NCBI RefSeq assembly: GCF_018977255.1
Contig: NW_024704742.1
Coordinates: forward strand, 50,904,001-50,968,000
Reading direction: 5' to 3'
Length of the DNA: 64,000 nucleotides
From: Callorhinchus milii
Lineage: Eukaryota
A program made the position numbers and the translations under genes. Within the stretch, counting starts at the first letter, position 1. The number at the start of each line of letters is the position of its first letter. Positions 53,211-64,000 of the stretch are shown piece after piece. The notes beneath the pieces were generated by a model that did no database searches, was not told the DNA's origin, and saw only the letters and a list, made by a program, of their open reading frames with translations.

Positions 53211-55433
53211 TTATTTTGATGCATCTTTACTAGAGCAGCCGCTCTGCCCGTCTCGGTTGCCGGGGGAGCCGCTCTGCCCGTCTCGGTTGTAAGGGGAGCC
53301 CCATCCCTCAGAGGATAGAATTCAAAATCCTCATCTTCAAAGCCCTCCATGGTCTCGCTATCTCTGTGACCTGCTAGCCCCGCAAAACTTGTCCACTCCC
53401 TCTGCTCAGCAGGGCCTGGCCTGTTCCATGTCTAGGGGAGCCACTCCGCCTGCCAAGGTCACTTGGCTGCAACAACCAGTTAAAGCACGTTGAGAAATTC
53501 ATTCCCAGATTGGCTGTGCTGCCTGTGACTGTTTAGTTAGCCTGACATGTAGTATTAGAGATGGACCTGTGGAACATCAAGGAAGCTGACAATCAGGAAA
53601 TTTTGAGGGTTGGACAACAGCTGCTGGAAGGCATGACTTGGAAACTGGACTCATGAACACAAGCTCATATACCCACAGCTTGTTATTCACCTTGATTGGT
53701 GAGCAGAGAGGTAAGCAGTTCCTGCTCAAGTTTCACACTTTTAACTGGTGAAACCATTACTCAGTGAGTAGGAATGTGTTTTCAAGCTGACGGCGGGAGC
53801 AAGGTATCAATGCTCTCATGCATTTTATGCTGAGCTGTGCTGCTCACTAGCGTATGGGCAGCAGTTTCTGCGGAAAACCCTCAATCTGATATTGTACTTT
53901 TAAAGGAAGTACAACATTTCCTTTCTCCCTGTAGCCACACTTGTTATACTGTCAGTAACTTTCGTCTTCCCACCTGCTACTAAGCAATAATAACACTTGC
54001 CTAGCATCTTCCGTTGAAACATCTCAAAGCATTTTGCACGTTATATTACGTTGAAATGTAGATTGTAGTTAAGTGAGCAAGCAGCGGTGTGATAAATAAC
54101 TGATTTATTTGACAGATTTGAATGAGGCGATTATTGACCAGGATAAGAGGAGAACTCCCTGATCTTCTTTGAAATATGCTATGGGTTATTACCGCCCGCT
54201 AGTGTCATTAAAACAGAAAAACATATTATCCCAGTAGTTTCATTAATCTGAAAACGAAAGCGTGTAGCTGTATTCCATTGTCGATTTTGGAAGACGGAGT
54301 TTCCATGAAATGTTTAAATTACATTTTATGGATATGATCCAATATTACTCCAGGACAACCCCACTGGAAGATTCCCCCCACAACCCCACCGTTATAATAC
54401 AGTCTTGTCCTATTAGATCGCTCTAATCAGGAGCATGGTATATCCCCCACCCCCACCCTTTGGAACTCCATCCCACATTTGCCTCCCTCCCTTCTTCAAG
54501 GCACATCTCAAGACCCTCCTCTTCATCCGTGCTTTCGGCCACCCTCCCTTACCCAATCCCGCCTCCCCCCCAACGACTGTCCTGCGCCTTATGACGCCCT
54601 GTATTGTACGTCTGCTTTTCGGTTTCGACTAGCAGGTTTCCAGTGCAAAAAAAATATTGTTTTCTGAACTGTCAGGACTCCGCTGATGTCACGTCTTTTG
54701 CACTGTGCGCTTAAGCGCAGGAAGCATAGTTCATGTTACTGTGCAAAGAAAGTGCCACCAGCAGTGCTTCTTGCACACAAAATTGCATGCACAACACACA
54801 GGAGTGACATTAGTAGCAACATGACAATGTAGATATTGGTTAATTTTTAGTGCTACAATTGTAATGTGCATCCGAGGTTTGGGTATAGAGGCTGTGTTGA
54901 GAAAGAACAAGGCTGCCCTTATTACTCCTGTGAGAATTCATTTCAAGACAATGTTCACAGTATACATATACATATTCTCAGTCTGACAAACTACCAGTCA
55001 CTCTGCCTGCCGCCAAAACCACAGGTTTTAAAAAAACTAAACCATTAGTTTAAATTCTCTTTTCACAATTATTATACAGTATATGTAAACAGAATGCAGA
55101 GCAAACATATTGGTTGTGTACTGTATCTTGTTAAAATGGCTGACCTGATTTTTTTGAGATACCAGGTCAACCCATTAATGGGATTACATATGCACGTCTT
55201 CAGATACTGAAACAGGAAATGTCAAATATAGTATAGTGGTTTATGTTTGATGGTTTATTCCTTCATTAAACCACCAGGCAAGATGTCAAGACAAGACTGG
55301 CTTCATTTCTTTGAAACCACCTACCTTCAGTGAAAGGTCCTTTTTATTTAAATGTCTTATTTTTTTATAAGCGCGACCTAAAGAATGCTTCCATAGTTGT
55401 GAACCACTTTTCATGACATCACATCACGACATT

Positions 55434-55753
55434 ATAATAATAATAATAATCCTTGCATTTGATATAGCGCTTTTCACGTCGGGAGGACATCCCAAAGCGC
55501 TTCACAGAACACACTGTAAAGTGAATTGACTGTATATTTGTGGGCGAACGCGGCAGCCAATTGCGCACAGCAATGTCCCACAAACAGTCATGGATTGAAA
55601 ATGACCAATTTATTATTGTTTTTTTTTTGGAGGGATTATTATTAGGCTCTGTGTGGAGTAAGGAAACTTGCCCAAGGTTTCGCTCTGCCTGGAATTGAAC
55701 TCAGGTCTCTCACTTGCAAAGCGAGTGCTCTAACCACTGAGCTACAGGACTCC
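55434..55753 (-). mobile_element. Full-length young SINE
   Basis: Near-identical to 22689-23007. Confidence 0.9.
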
Positions 55754-55991
55754 AATTATGTAACATTATGTGTCAGCCATGTGTGAGTAGCACTCTCATC
55801 TCTGAGTCAGAAGGCTGTAGTTATCTCACAAACATGAGGTGAATGATCAGTTAACCTGGAAGATTGTTAGCCAAAACACCAGGAGAAACTCACCTCCTTC
55901 TTCGAACTTTCACCTGAACATCCTTCCAACATTAAAAACTGTGACTTCCAACTAACAAAAGACACATATACATGTTTAAAAAATACCTTAC

Positions 55992-56046
55992 CTCAGATTT
56001 CAACAATTGTTCCGCTGTATTCCGGTTAACATTTCTACAATACCAT
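55992..56046 (-). CDS. TEC: TEC exon, SH2 start: WYCRNVNRNTAEQLLKSE
   Basis: 55-nt exon, tag/gtaagg, phase-compatible. Similar to human TEC WYCRNMNRSKAEQLLRSE. Confidence 0.94.
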
Positions 56047-56583
56047 CTATATAAAAACATAGGAAAATTATTTAGAAATTAGGCAGGAGTTCAGAATATC
56101 TGATGTTTTAATCATTGTTATCTAACAACAAAATGTGACAGAACGAAAGACAACCATATTAAATTGCGATAATCTTGACATTATTTTAGATAATGTGAGC
56201 CATCAGCATCAATCCTGTGAATAGAATGGGATTTTTATGTGGGTTTTAAACTCATATTTTCTCCCCTCAACTCCTGAAGATATTCAACTCATCTTTTCCT
56301 TTTACTAGTACACAGTTCTACTGGTGCCAGAACTTAAGTATGAACATTGATAGCAAAATTTTAGGAAGCTATTCAACATGCTGACATCATTGTCAGGTCT
56401 AATCCTGAACTCACCCAAAATCTGCATCCCTGAATCTTGCAGCAGGAGATTACCACTTAGTGATTAGAAGCAGGAAATGTGGCTGATTTTCTCCTTTCTA
56501 ACTTGTGGGCCCTGAAGCCAACTCTTGTGCCCCAATTGCTGCCCTAGTAAGATCTCCTAGGTCAGTTAATTTCAGACAGAGTG

Positions 56584-56702
56584 ACTGACCATTTCCCCCC
56601 TGCTCGGGTCATGACCCAACTGTGCAGCGCCTTGGGACGTCCTCCTGACGTGAAAGGCGCTTTATAAATGGAATCTTGTTGTTGTTGTTGTTGTTGTTGT
56701 TG
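56584..56702 (+). mobile_element. Extremely 5'-truncated young L2 (3' UTR and tail only)
   Basis: Near-identical to about 4237-4345, with a long (TTG)n tail. Confidence 0.85.
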
Positions 56703-57836
56703 CAATGTCCTGATCTACGCTACCACAATAATGTGGTAAGTTACTACATTAAATGCAAGAGTCATTATTTAGTGTCACACAATGAGTCGTTCTTATTCAA
56801 CTAGGCCAGCGGACAGCTAGCGTTCTACAATCTTAAACACTGAGCACGTTCAGTTAGTACCTGGTGCCTGGATGTGCAGAGGCATAAGATTTTTTTAATA
56901 ATAATAGTAATAATATGATAAATATATGTTATATTTAAGACTCAGATTAGAACTAAAAGCATCTTGCACATTGACTTCTTTGTTTCAAGCCTCAAGCAGA
57001 GAATGACTAAAATAGCCTCTTAGCTGGGCTGCGCATTTTGTTGTGGTAAAAGCAGTCATGACCAGATAGTATAAGTAAGAACAAAGTGTTTTGAAACAGG
57101 AAACACGACAGCGAAGGCAGTGAGCTACCAGTTGCCAACTGTTGATTGGAAGAATGACAAAAGTCACTTCTGCCATGGTTTGGGGAGACTTTTTATATAA
57201 AGGTTTAAGAGGCTTGTGGAACACTCTGCCAGCCTTAGATGGACTAAAGAAGTGTAAAGGGTATCAACAAAGAACTAGACAAGTCTCCGCATTCTGTTTG
57301 AGGGAGAGGGGAATAGAGATGTATAGGAGAGGGGAATAGGAGGGGTGGAGGCTTGTGTGAAGTATAAATACTGGCACAGACTAGTTGGGCCAAATGGCCT
57401 GTTCCTGTGCTGTAACATTCTATGTAGTTCTTGGTTCCTCAACAAAACCCTTTATGTTATTAGGTAAGGGAGTTTCTCACTGCCTGGCCTCAATTGCTCA
57501 CTCAATCATTGCTCTGCGTAAACTGGCTGCCACATTTAAAATAAACACAGCCACATCACTTTATAGTATATCCAGTGAAGTGCTTTGAGATGTCGACAAC
57601 ATGATAAAGTACTGCATCAAAAGTAAGGAAATTCATAGTTTTAATAATATTATTACGTGATGAGAAAGTTGCTTCCAAATATTTTTTGGACAAATAGGAA
57701 AGATAGGCTCGATTGATCAAGAGTCTACTCTTGCCTGGAACCGACACTATCTTACAAGAACTTGTAAGGTATGATCTCCATCATATTTGATGCTGCCGCT
57801 TTTCGCCCACAAAATACACAAGCAATTCACATTTTA

Positions 57837-58170
57837 GACTCCTGTAGCATATTGGTTAGAGCACTCGCCTCACAAGTGAGAGGACCCGGGCTCGATTCCC
57901 AGGCAGGGTGAAACATTGGCTAAGTTTCCTAACTCCACTTGCCTCTGATTACCTAGCAGTAAGTAGAAGCCCGGTTGTTAGTTAATTTTCGGGGGTAATA
58001 ATCTGTTCATTAAAAAAAAATCTGGTCACTCAATCCATGTTTGTGAGACACTGATGTGCACAATTGGCTGCTGCGTTTCTTCCACATAATATAGATTCAA
58101 TATATTCTGTGAAGCGCTTAGAGACGTCTAAAAGATATTAGATGCTATACCAAATGCAAGGATTATTATT
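57837..58170 (+). mobile_element. tRNA-Ala-headed SINE
   Basis: Head, body and tail shared with the other copies. Confidence 0.85.
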
Positions 58171-58254
58171 CATTTTAAAAACAAACTGGAAGACACATAT
58201 TGGTTTGGAGAATGGGTAGGTGAAATGTGATATAGCACATGAAATTTAATATAG

Positions 58255-58470
58255 GGAAATGTGAAGTGATTCACTGTGGTCAGAAAAACGTAGAAGCTGA
58301 TTATATTCTGAGTGGTAGGGATCTAAGAGGGGTGGAGGAACAAAGTGATCCAAGGATTCAGATTCACAGGAATCTAAAAGTAGCAGCATAGGTGGACAAG
58401 GTCATAAAAAATGGCTTGGCTTTATGACCAGCGGAATAAATTATAATAGTAGGGAAGTAATGTAAAATTT
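58255..58470 (+). mobile_element. CR1 fragment
   Basis: Encodes KCEVIHCGQKN...LRGVEEQSDP..LKVAA, which resembles CR1 ORF2. Confidence 0.7.
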
Positions 58471-60676
58471 AACATTCAGAAGTGTCGAGGGCTCTTCTTT
58501 ATCCAAACTTCTCTTCTTGATCTTGTGTAGATTGAAAATTAGATCCCTAAATTGAGGTGGTTTCTCAGCAGAGAAAAGGCTTTCTTAATTTTTTTAAAAA
58601 ACTATATAACATCAAGCAATTCTGCAATCTTGTTTTGGAGATCCACCAAGAACCAAGCTCAGTTTCAAGTAGATCCCACTTTCCCTACCCATAGAAGATA
58701 GGAGTCCATTTTGGACACCCAACAGACAAAAACAAAATCCAAACATATATTAAGTGTGTCACTTTAAAAACACTGATCTCAGTTTCCTGGTTCTCAAAAG
58801 TTAAACTCCTGTATTTGAAAGGCGGAAGTGAGAACAGACAGTGTTCCCAGAAACTCTAATGTTACTGCAGTCTGTTACTTTAACATGCAAAGTTAAGATC
58901 ACTGAATTTAAATGAGCAGTAAAATGCAATTTTCTCGCAATGTCACAAGACTACAATATTGGTTTGGATGAAGAAGGCCCTTCTGATCTCATCCCTCCAG
59001 TATATCAAACCTACCATCACAGCGTCCAGCTCCCTTGTCGTGATCCAGCTGTCACCTTCTCAAAACAGTCTATGAGATTGGTCAGACAAGACCTACCTTT
59101 TCTGAACCTATGTTGGATGTCAATTATTGGATTATTTTTATACAGGCATTTTTTAAAATGGCCATCGATTAAACATGGTGATGGGATTGTATTTGTATGG
59201 GATATCTGGGTGACCAAAAGAAAATTCCATGAGCACTGAGCACTGTCCAATACCTTGCTCAAGTGGCCAATATTTATGTCATCTTCAGTGAGTCTTGGCA
59301 GGCTTTCGTAATTAAATAATAATGCTTGCATTTGATATAGCAACCTTCATGTCCGGAGGATGTCTCTAATAATTTCACAGAATGTACTGGTAAATAACCG
59401 GGTATTTTCAGGCGAATGCTGTAGCTGATTTACACACAGCAATATCCCACTAACAGCCATGAAGTAAAATGAAAATTGTTGGATAGGATACTGAGAGAAA
59501 CTTCCTTCTCTTTTCAGAAAAATGCTATGGGGTCTTTAACGTCCAGCTGAACAGGCAGCCGCAATTTTGGTTTAATGTTTCATTCATAGGATCTTGTTGT
59601 TGTTGTTGCTGCTCTCCTCCAGCACTAGTTTAGAGTGGTAGCCTAAATTGAATTTAAGGTCCATCGGGGGATCTTTAACGCATAGCCAAGGTGACAGTTG
59701 ATCTATATTTTACCCTTGCTGGAACTGACCTGATGCTGGATGCACACATTCCTGGAATGCATCTCTGATCTTTAGCCATAATTATGCATCTCTGCTGCAT
59801 TCCAGGTGCAACGGTTCTCACACCTAATTGTATACCCGCGGTTATGACTAACCGCATGGTGCACTAGGTGGCCTCTGCCATCATTCCTGTACCTTGCAAG
59901 TTCCCTCTCTGAGTGAAACTCCACTAATGAGAATATACACACGACGACAAGTAATCCCAATACTTTATTGCACAACAAATGGATGCATTCATCAGTGTCC
60001 TTCGCACTACCAGATAGCAATAACCTGTTTGTGTTTTCTTCCTCCTTCCTTGATCTTTAGAGATTCGAGAAGCACTTTATAGAAAACTCAATGGTGGTGT
60101 TTTATTGGTCCTTAACCCTATGTCTAATTTACACTGTCCAGAACATGATAACTATTGCAACATTAAGAAATAGAAAATACAGTGACACTAAATTATGACA
60201 CTAGCAGCTTTACCCAAAGTGAGTTAACAAAGAAAAAACAATCTTGAGCTGGAGACGAGGCTCTCAAGACAGTCATGTACCTCCTCGAGGTGAAAAGCAA
60301 CCCCGAGTTCAGCGAACCCACTCCTTTTATACTGTCCTAAGTCCTCCCCTTTCAATGTATCAGTAAGTTTCCCCCTCCAGAACCTACATTAGCTTTTCCC
60401 ACCTTTTTGTTTCAGTGACTCACCCAGAGTCATGGTGCCAAGGCTGACCATTAAATCATATTTTGGTCCCAAGACCAAAAATGCACTTAAAGCGAAAACA
60501 TCCCACTTTGCACAAAATCTCAATATATACAGAATATCTACATTAATACCCTTAATAAGACGTAGAGCGTTAATAATAATAAGGTGACTGTGACATAAGG
60601 AAGTGCCCATCCAGCATCCTCAGGTCAGTTGCAGTGCCATCCTCGCTCGACATGCACTTTCCAGCACAGGTTACTA

Positions 60677-60987
60677 TAATAATAATAATAATCCTTGCAT
60701 TTGATATAGTGCTTTTCATGTCTTCTAAACGATTCAAAGTGCTTCATAGATTATACTGTAAAGTGAATTGACTGTATATTTGTGGGCGAACCACAGCAGC
60801 CAATTGCACACAGCAGTGTCCACCAAACAGTCATCGATTCAGTGACCAAATTATTTTTTCTTTCTTGAGGGATTATTATCAGGCGTGTGGAGTAAGGAAA
60901 CTGGTTCAAGGTTTCACCCTGCTGGGAATCGAACCCAGGTCTCTCGCTTGCGAGGCAAGTGCTCTAACCACTGAGCTACAGGAGTCC
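60677..60987 (-). mobile_element. Full-length SINE
   Basis: Shared head, body and tail. Confidence 0.88.
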
Positions 60988-61367
60988 ACATTTAATGTCA
61001 CAAGTGAAACTAGACAGCGATCAGGAGCAGAAATACTGTCCAATTTTCATTGCCTAAACAGAGGGTGACGAGAACAATTGTATTAATCCAACTATTTCTC
61101 TGGCTGAGATCAGCTAATTTAGGAAAGGCCAGGACTTACAGGATGGCACCTTTACCCATGAGGCCATCCTATGGCCGAGAATTGTTATTATCTACAATTT
61201 CTTCAGCACATTGCACAACCTGTAACCGTACTGAACTGCACAGCCCACAAAACCAGGAATTTCAATAGATCTGCTGGCTGTAAAAAAAACTTGTTACATA
61301 GTAACAAAGTGCTGAAATTGCATTAAAGAATTACACTTATGATTTATTTTAAGATTTCTTGACTTAC

Positions 61368-61433
61368 TCATATTTTTCTAGATTATTGGATTTCTTCTCA
61401 GTTACGTAGTTGCTTGGTATATATCCTTCGCAC
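61368..61433 (-). CDS. TEC: TEC kinase exon, SH3 C-terminal part: (G)[21 protein letters not shown](E); first TEC exon in the window
   Basis: 66-nt exon with cag acceptor and gtaagt donor. Matches human TEC [22 protein letters not shown]. Confidence 0.93.
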
Positions 61434-62372
61434 CTGGAAGAAAACACACTTGAATCAATATATATATTGTACCTTGTACTTTTATCATAATTATGGAAAT
61501 TAAACCAGTTATTCTACCTGTGTGCAATTCTTTAAATATCTAATAAAACACTCCATATCACTTATAAATCACCTAATATGTACCTTCAAAAAATAATTTC
61601 CTCACATTTTGGTTAGATATTTTCTCTTTTTAAGCACACCTCCACTAAAAAAAGTTGCCTTTCCACCACAACTAAACAAATTTGTGGTATCGAGTGTCAC
61701 AAAAATGCAACCATCTTATTCTCATGACTGTACAGATCGAGGTTAACCCCGAAGTGAAAATACAGAAGAAACCTAATTCAAGATCTATTTTAGTCTAACT
61801 TTTATTTGGTTTAAGAAAATAAAAAGCTGAAAACATGAATTAATGGTCACAATTTAATTCAGTAAAGGAACCAACCTACATCTGAAGCATTCTAAGTTCT
61901 TGGTTGTCAATTTGAACACCCATTTTCTAGAACCAGTTGGTTTCACTTTCCTTTATTTTTGCCTCTCCCCTGTTGAAAGGGGGATATCTGGACAATCCCT
62001 CAGCACTGGTGAGTCCAAGTGGTTATTGTTTGGTGAACAAACCTAGATAAGTGAGCATCGATGAACTATTCAACTATAGTTGAACCATCATAGTCAAGTT
62101 CAATCTTGTCCATATTTGCACAGTTCCATCAAGGATAACTGCAAAGAAACAAACACTGCAACCCTGGCCATTTTCTCCCTTTCTAGTCTGAAGGCACTGT
62201 CGCCAATTCTAGGACCTCACCATCTCAGTAGAATTCAGCTAACTTAGTACACATTGAATTTGGGATCTTCCTGATCAGTGTGGATCATACAATATGCAGT
62301 GTATTAACAGCTTGGTTCAAAAGTGATGACCATTGAATTTAATACCCAATAAATGTATACATACATATATAT

Positions 62373-62685
62373 TATAATAATATAATAATCCTTGCATTTG
62401 ATATAGCGCTTTTCACGTCTTCTAGACGTCTCAAAGCGCTTCACAGAATATACTGTAAAGTGAATTGACTGTATAATTGTGGGCGAAACGCGGCAGCCAA
62501 TTGCGCACAGCAGTGTCCCACAAACAGTCGTGGATTGAAGTGACCAATTTATTATTTTTTTCTTGAGGGATTATTATCAGGCATGTGGAATAAGGAAATT
62601 TGCCCAAGGTTTCGCCCTGTTGGGAATCAAATCCAGGTCTCTCGCTTTCGAGGCAAGTGCTCTAAACACTGAGCTACAGGACTCC
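62373..62685 (-). mobile_element. Full-length SINE
   Basis: Shared head, body and tail. Confidence 0.88.
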
Positions 62686-62807
62686 ACAAATATTCTAAGG
62701 AATTCTAAAACAGGCACAAAAAAGAGATCTTTTCTCTATCCCAAAAGTCGATTCATGCACCTCTGATAATTCAGCACTCACTAGACATTTCAGTGGACTG
62801 TCAGTCT

Positions 62808-63549
62808 ACAACAACAACAAGATTCCATTTATAGAGCGCCTTTCACGTCGGGAGGACATCCCAAGGCGCTGTACAGTTGGGTCAGGACCCGAGCAGGGGG
62901 GAAATGGTCAGGGTGAGGGGAGGGAAGGGTGGGAGTGAGGAGGAGGTAGAGAGTCGAGAGGGGAGCTGAAGGCTCGGTCAAAGAGAAAGGTCTTGAGACC
63001 GGCCTTGAAGGAGGAGAGGGAGGAGGCGGCGAAGGCACTGGGGGATAGAGTTCCAGAGCCTCAAGGCTGAGAGGCTGAAGGCCCGACCACCGATGGTAGG
63101 GCGGTTGGGGCGGGGGATGTGGAGCGACCGGAGCCAGAGGAACGGAGGGTACGGGCAGGTAGGTAGGGGGATAGTAGGTCAGAGAGGTAGGAGGGAGCGA
63201 GGCCGTGAATGGCCTTGTAGGTGAGGATGAGGATCTTGAATTCGATCCTCTGGGGGATGGGGAGCCAGTGGAGGCGAGCGAGGGTGGGAGTGATGTGGTC
63301 GCGGTGTCTGGTGCGGGACAGTACACGAGCTGCAGAGTTCTGAATGACCTGCAGCTTGTGGAGGGAGGTGCCGGGAAGGCCGGCGAGGAGAGAGTTCCCA
63401 TAGTCCAGCCTTGAGGTGATAAAGGCGTGGACCAGTGTTTCAGCCGCGTGAGGGGTGAGGTAGTGCCGTAGTCTGGCGATATTCTGGAGGTGATGGAAGG
63501 CGGTGCCAGTTGTGGCGCGGATATGAGGGAGAAAGGACAGCTCAGGGTC
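62808..63549 (-). mobile_element. Young L2 3' fragment
   Basis: ORF 63061..63573 (DPELSFLPHI...SRLDYGNSLL..LHWLPI) is highly similar to 3607-4345, with a (TTG)n tail. Confidence 0.93.
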
Positions 63550-64000
63550 TAGACTATTAATCTTAAAATCCAATATTGTATGTAATTATATAAATTTAAT
63601 GTAACATTAATTGGGAAAAAAAAGTAGATAACAAGTAACGTCTGACTTAAAATCCATTTAAAATTTAGGGGAAAATGTTTGTTACATAAAAACCTTGTTG
63701 CCCACAAAATATACAGTTAATTCACTTTACAGTATATTCTGTGAAGCGCTTTGAGAAGTCTCGAAGACGTGATAAGGCGCTATATCAAATCCAAAGATTA
63801 TTATTATTATAAACACTAACACAAAAAGTGTCATAGGAGTGGGTATGTCTCTTAATTGCTGAGAAGAGTTGATGAGTTCCCCTTTAAGACCGAGTACATT
63901 GGTCATGTAAAGAATTGGTTTGGGGTAATCACTGTAGCATTAATCATATTTACAGTTAACATCCTCCCAACCTTCTAAGTTATCAGCTGACAGTTTAAGT

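Noticed and set aside
61434..64000. Upstream TEC SH3/PH exons
   Set aside because: No YDF or WW..RD motif with splice sites seen; they presumably lie beyond the window.

Overview
This is vertebrate genomic DNA, not prokaryotic. The repeat content (L2 and CR1 LINEs, tRNA-Ala-headed SINEs, DeuSINE-like relics) suggests a cartilaginous fish, possibly a holocephalan such as Callorhinchus; the species is my inference. Two TEC-family non-receptor tyrosine kinase genes lie head-to-tail on the minus strand. TEC is present as its 3' part: 11 coding exons from 61433 down to the TGA at 43501, with the PH/TH and N-terminal SH3 exons outside the window. TXK/RLK is essentially complete: 14 confidently spliced exons from 30172 down to the TAA at 13361, giving 512 aa from the Met before the Cys string, plus two speculative upstream exons at 38.5 and 36.8 kb. 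I read all exon boundaries by hand; they are GT-AG and phase-compatible, and paralogous exons have almost identical lengths. The rest is intronic or intergenic sequence rich in transposons. The most notable items are a 4-Cys TXK N-terminus with downstream Met codons, a 119-bp intronic inverted repeat, a degenerate hammerhead-ribozyme motif, SINE/LINE 3'-tail sharing, inverted SINE pairs bracketing exons, and an unclassified old repeat family. I found no convincing novel multi-gene system. Repeat boundaries are approximate.
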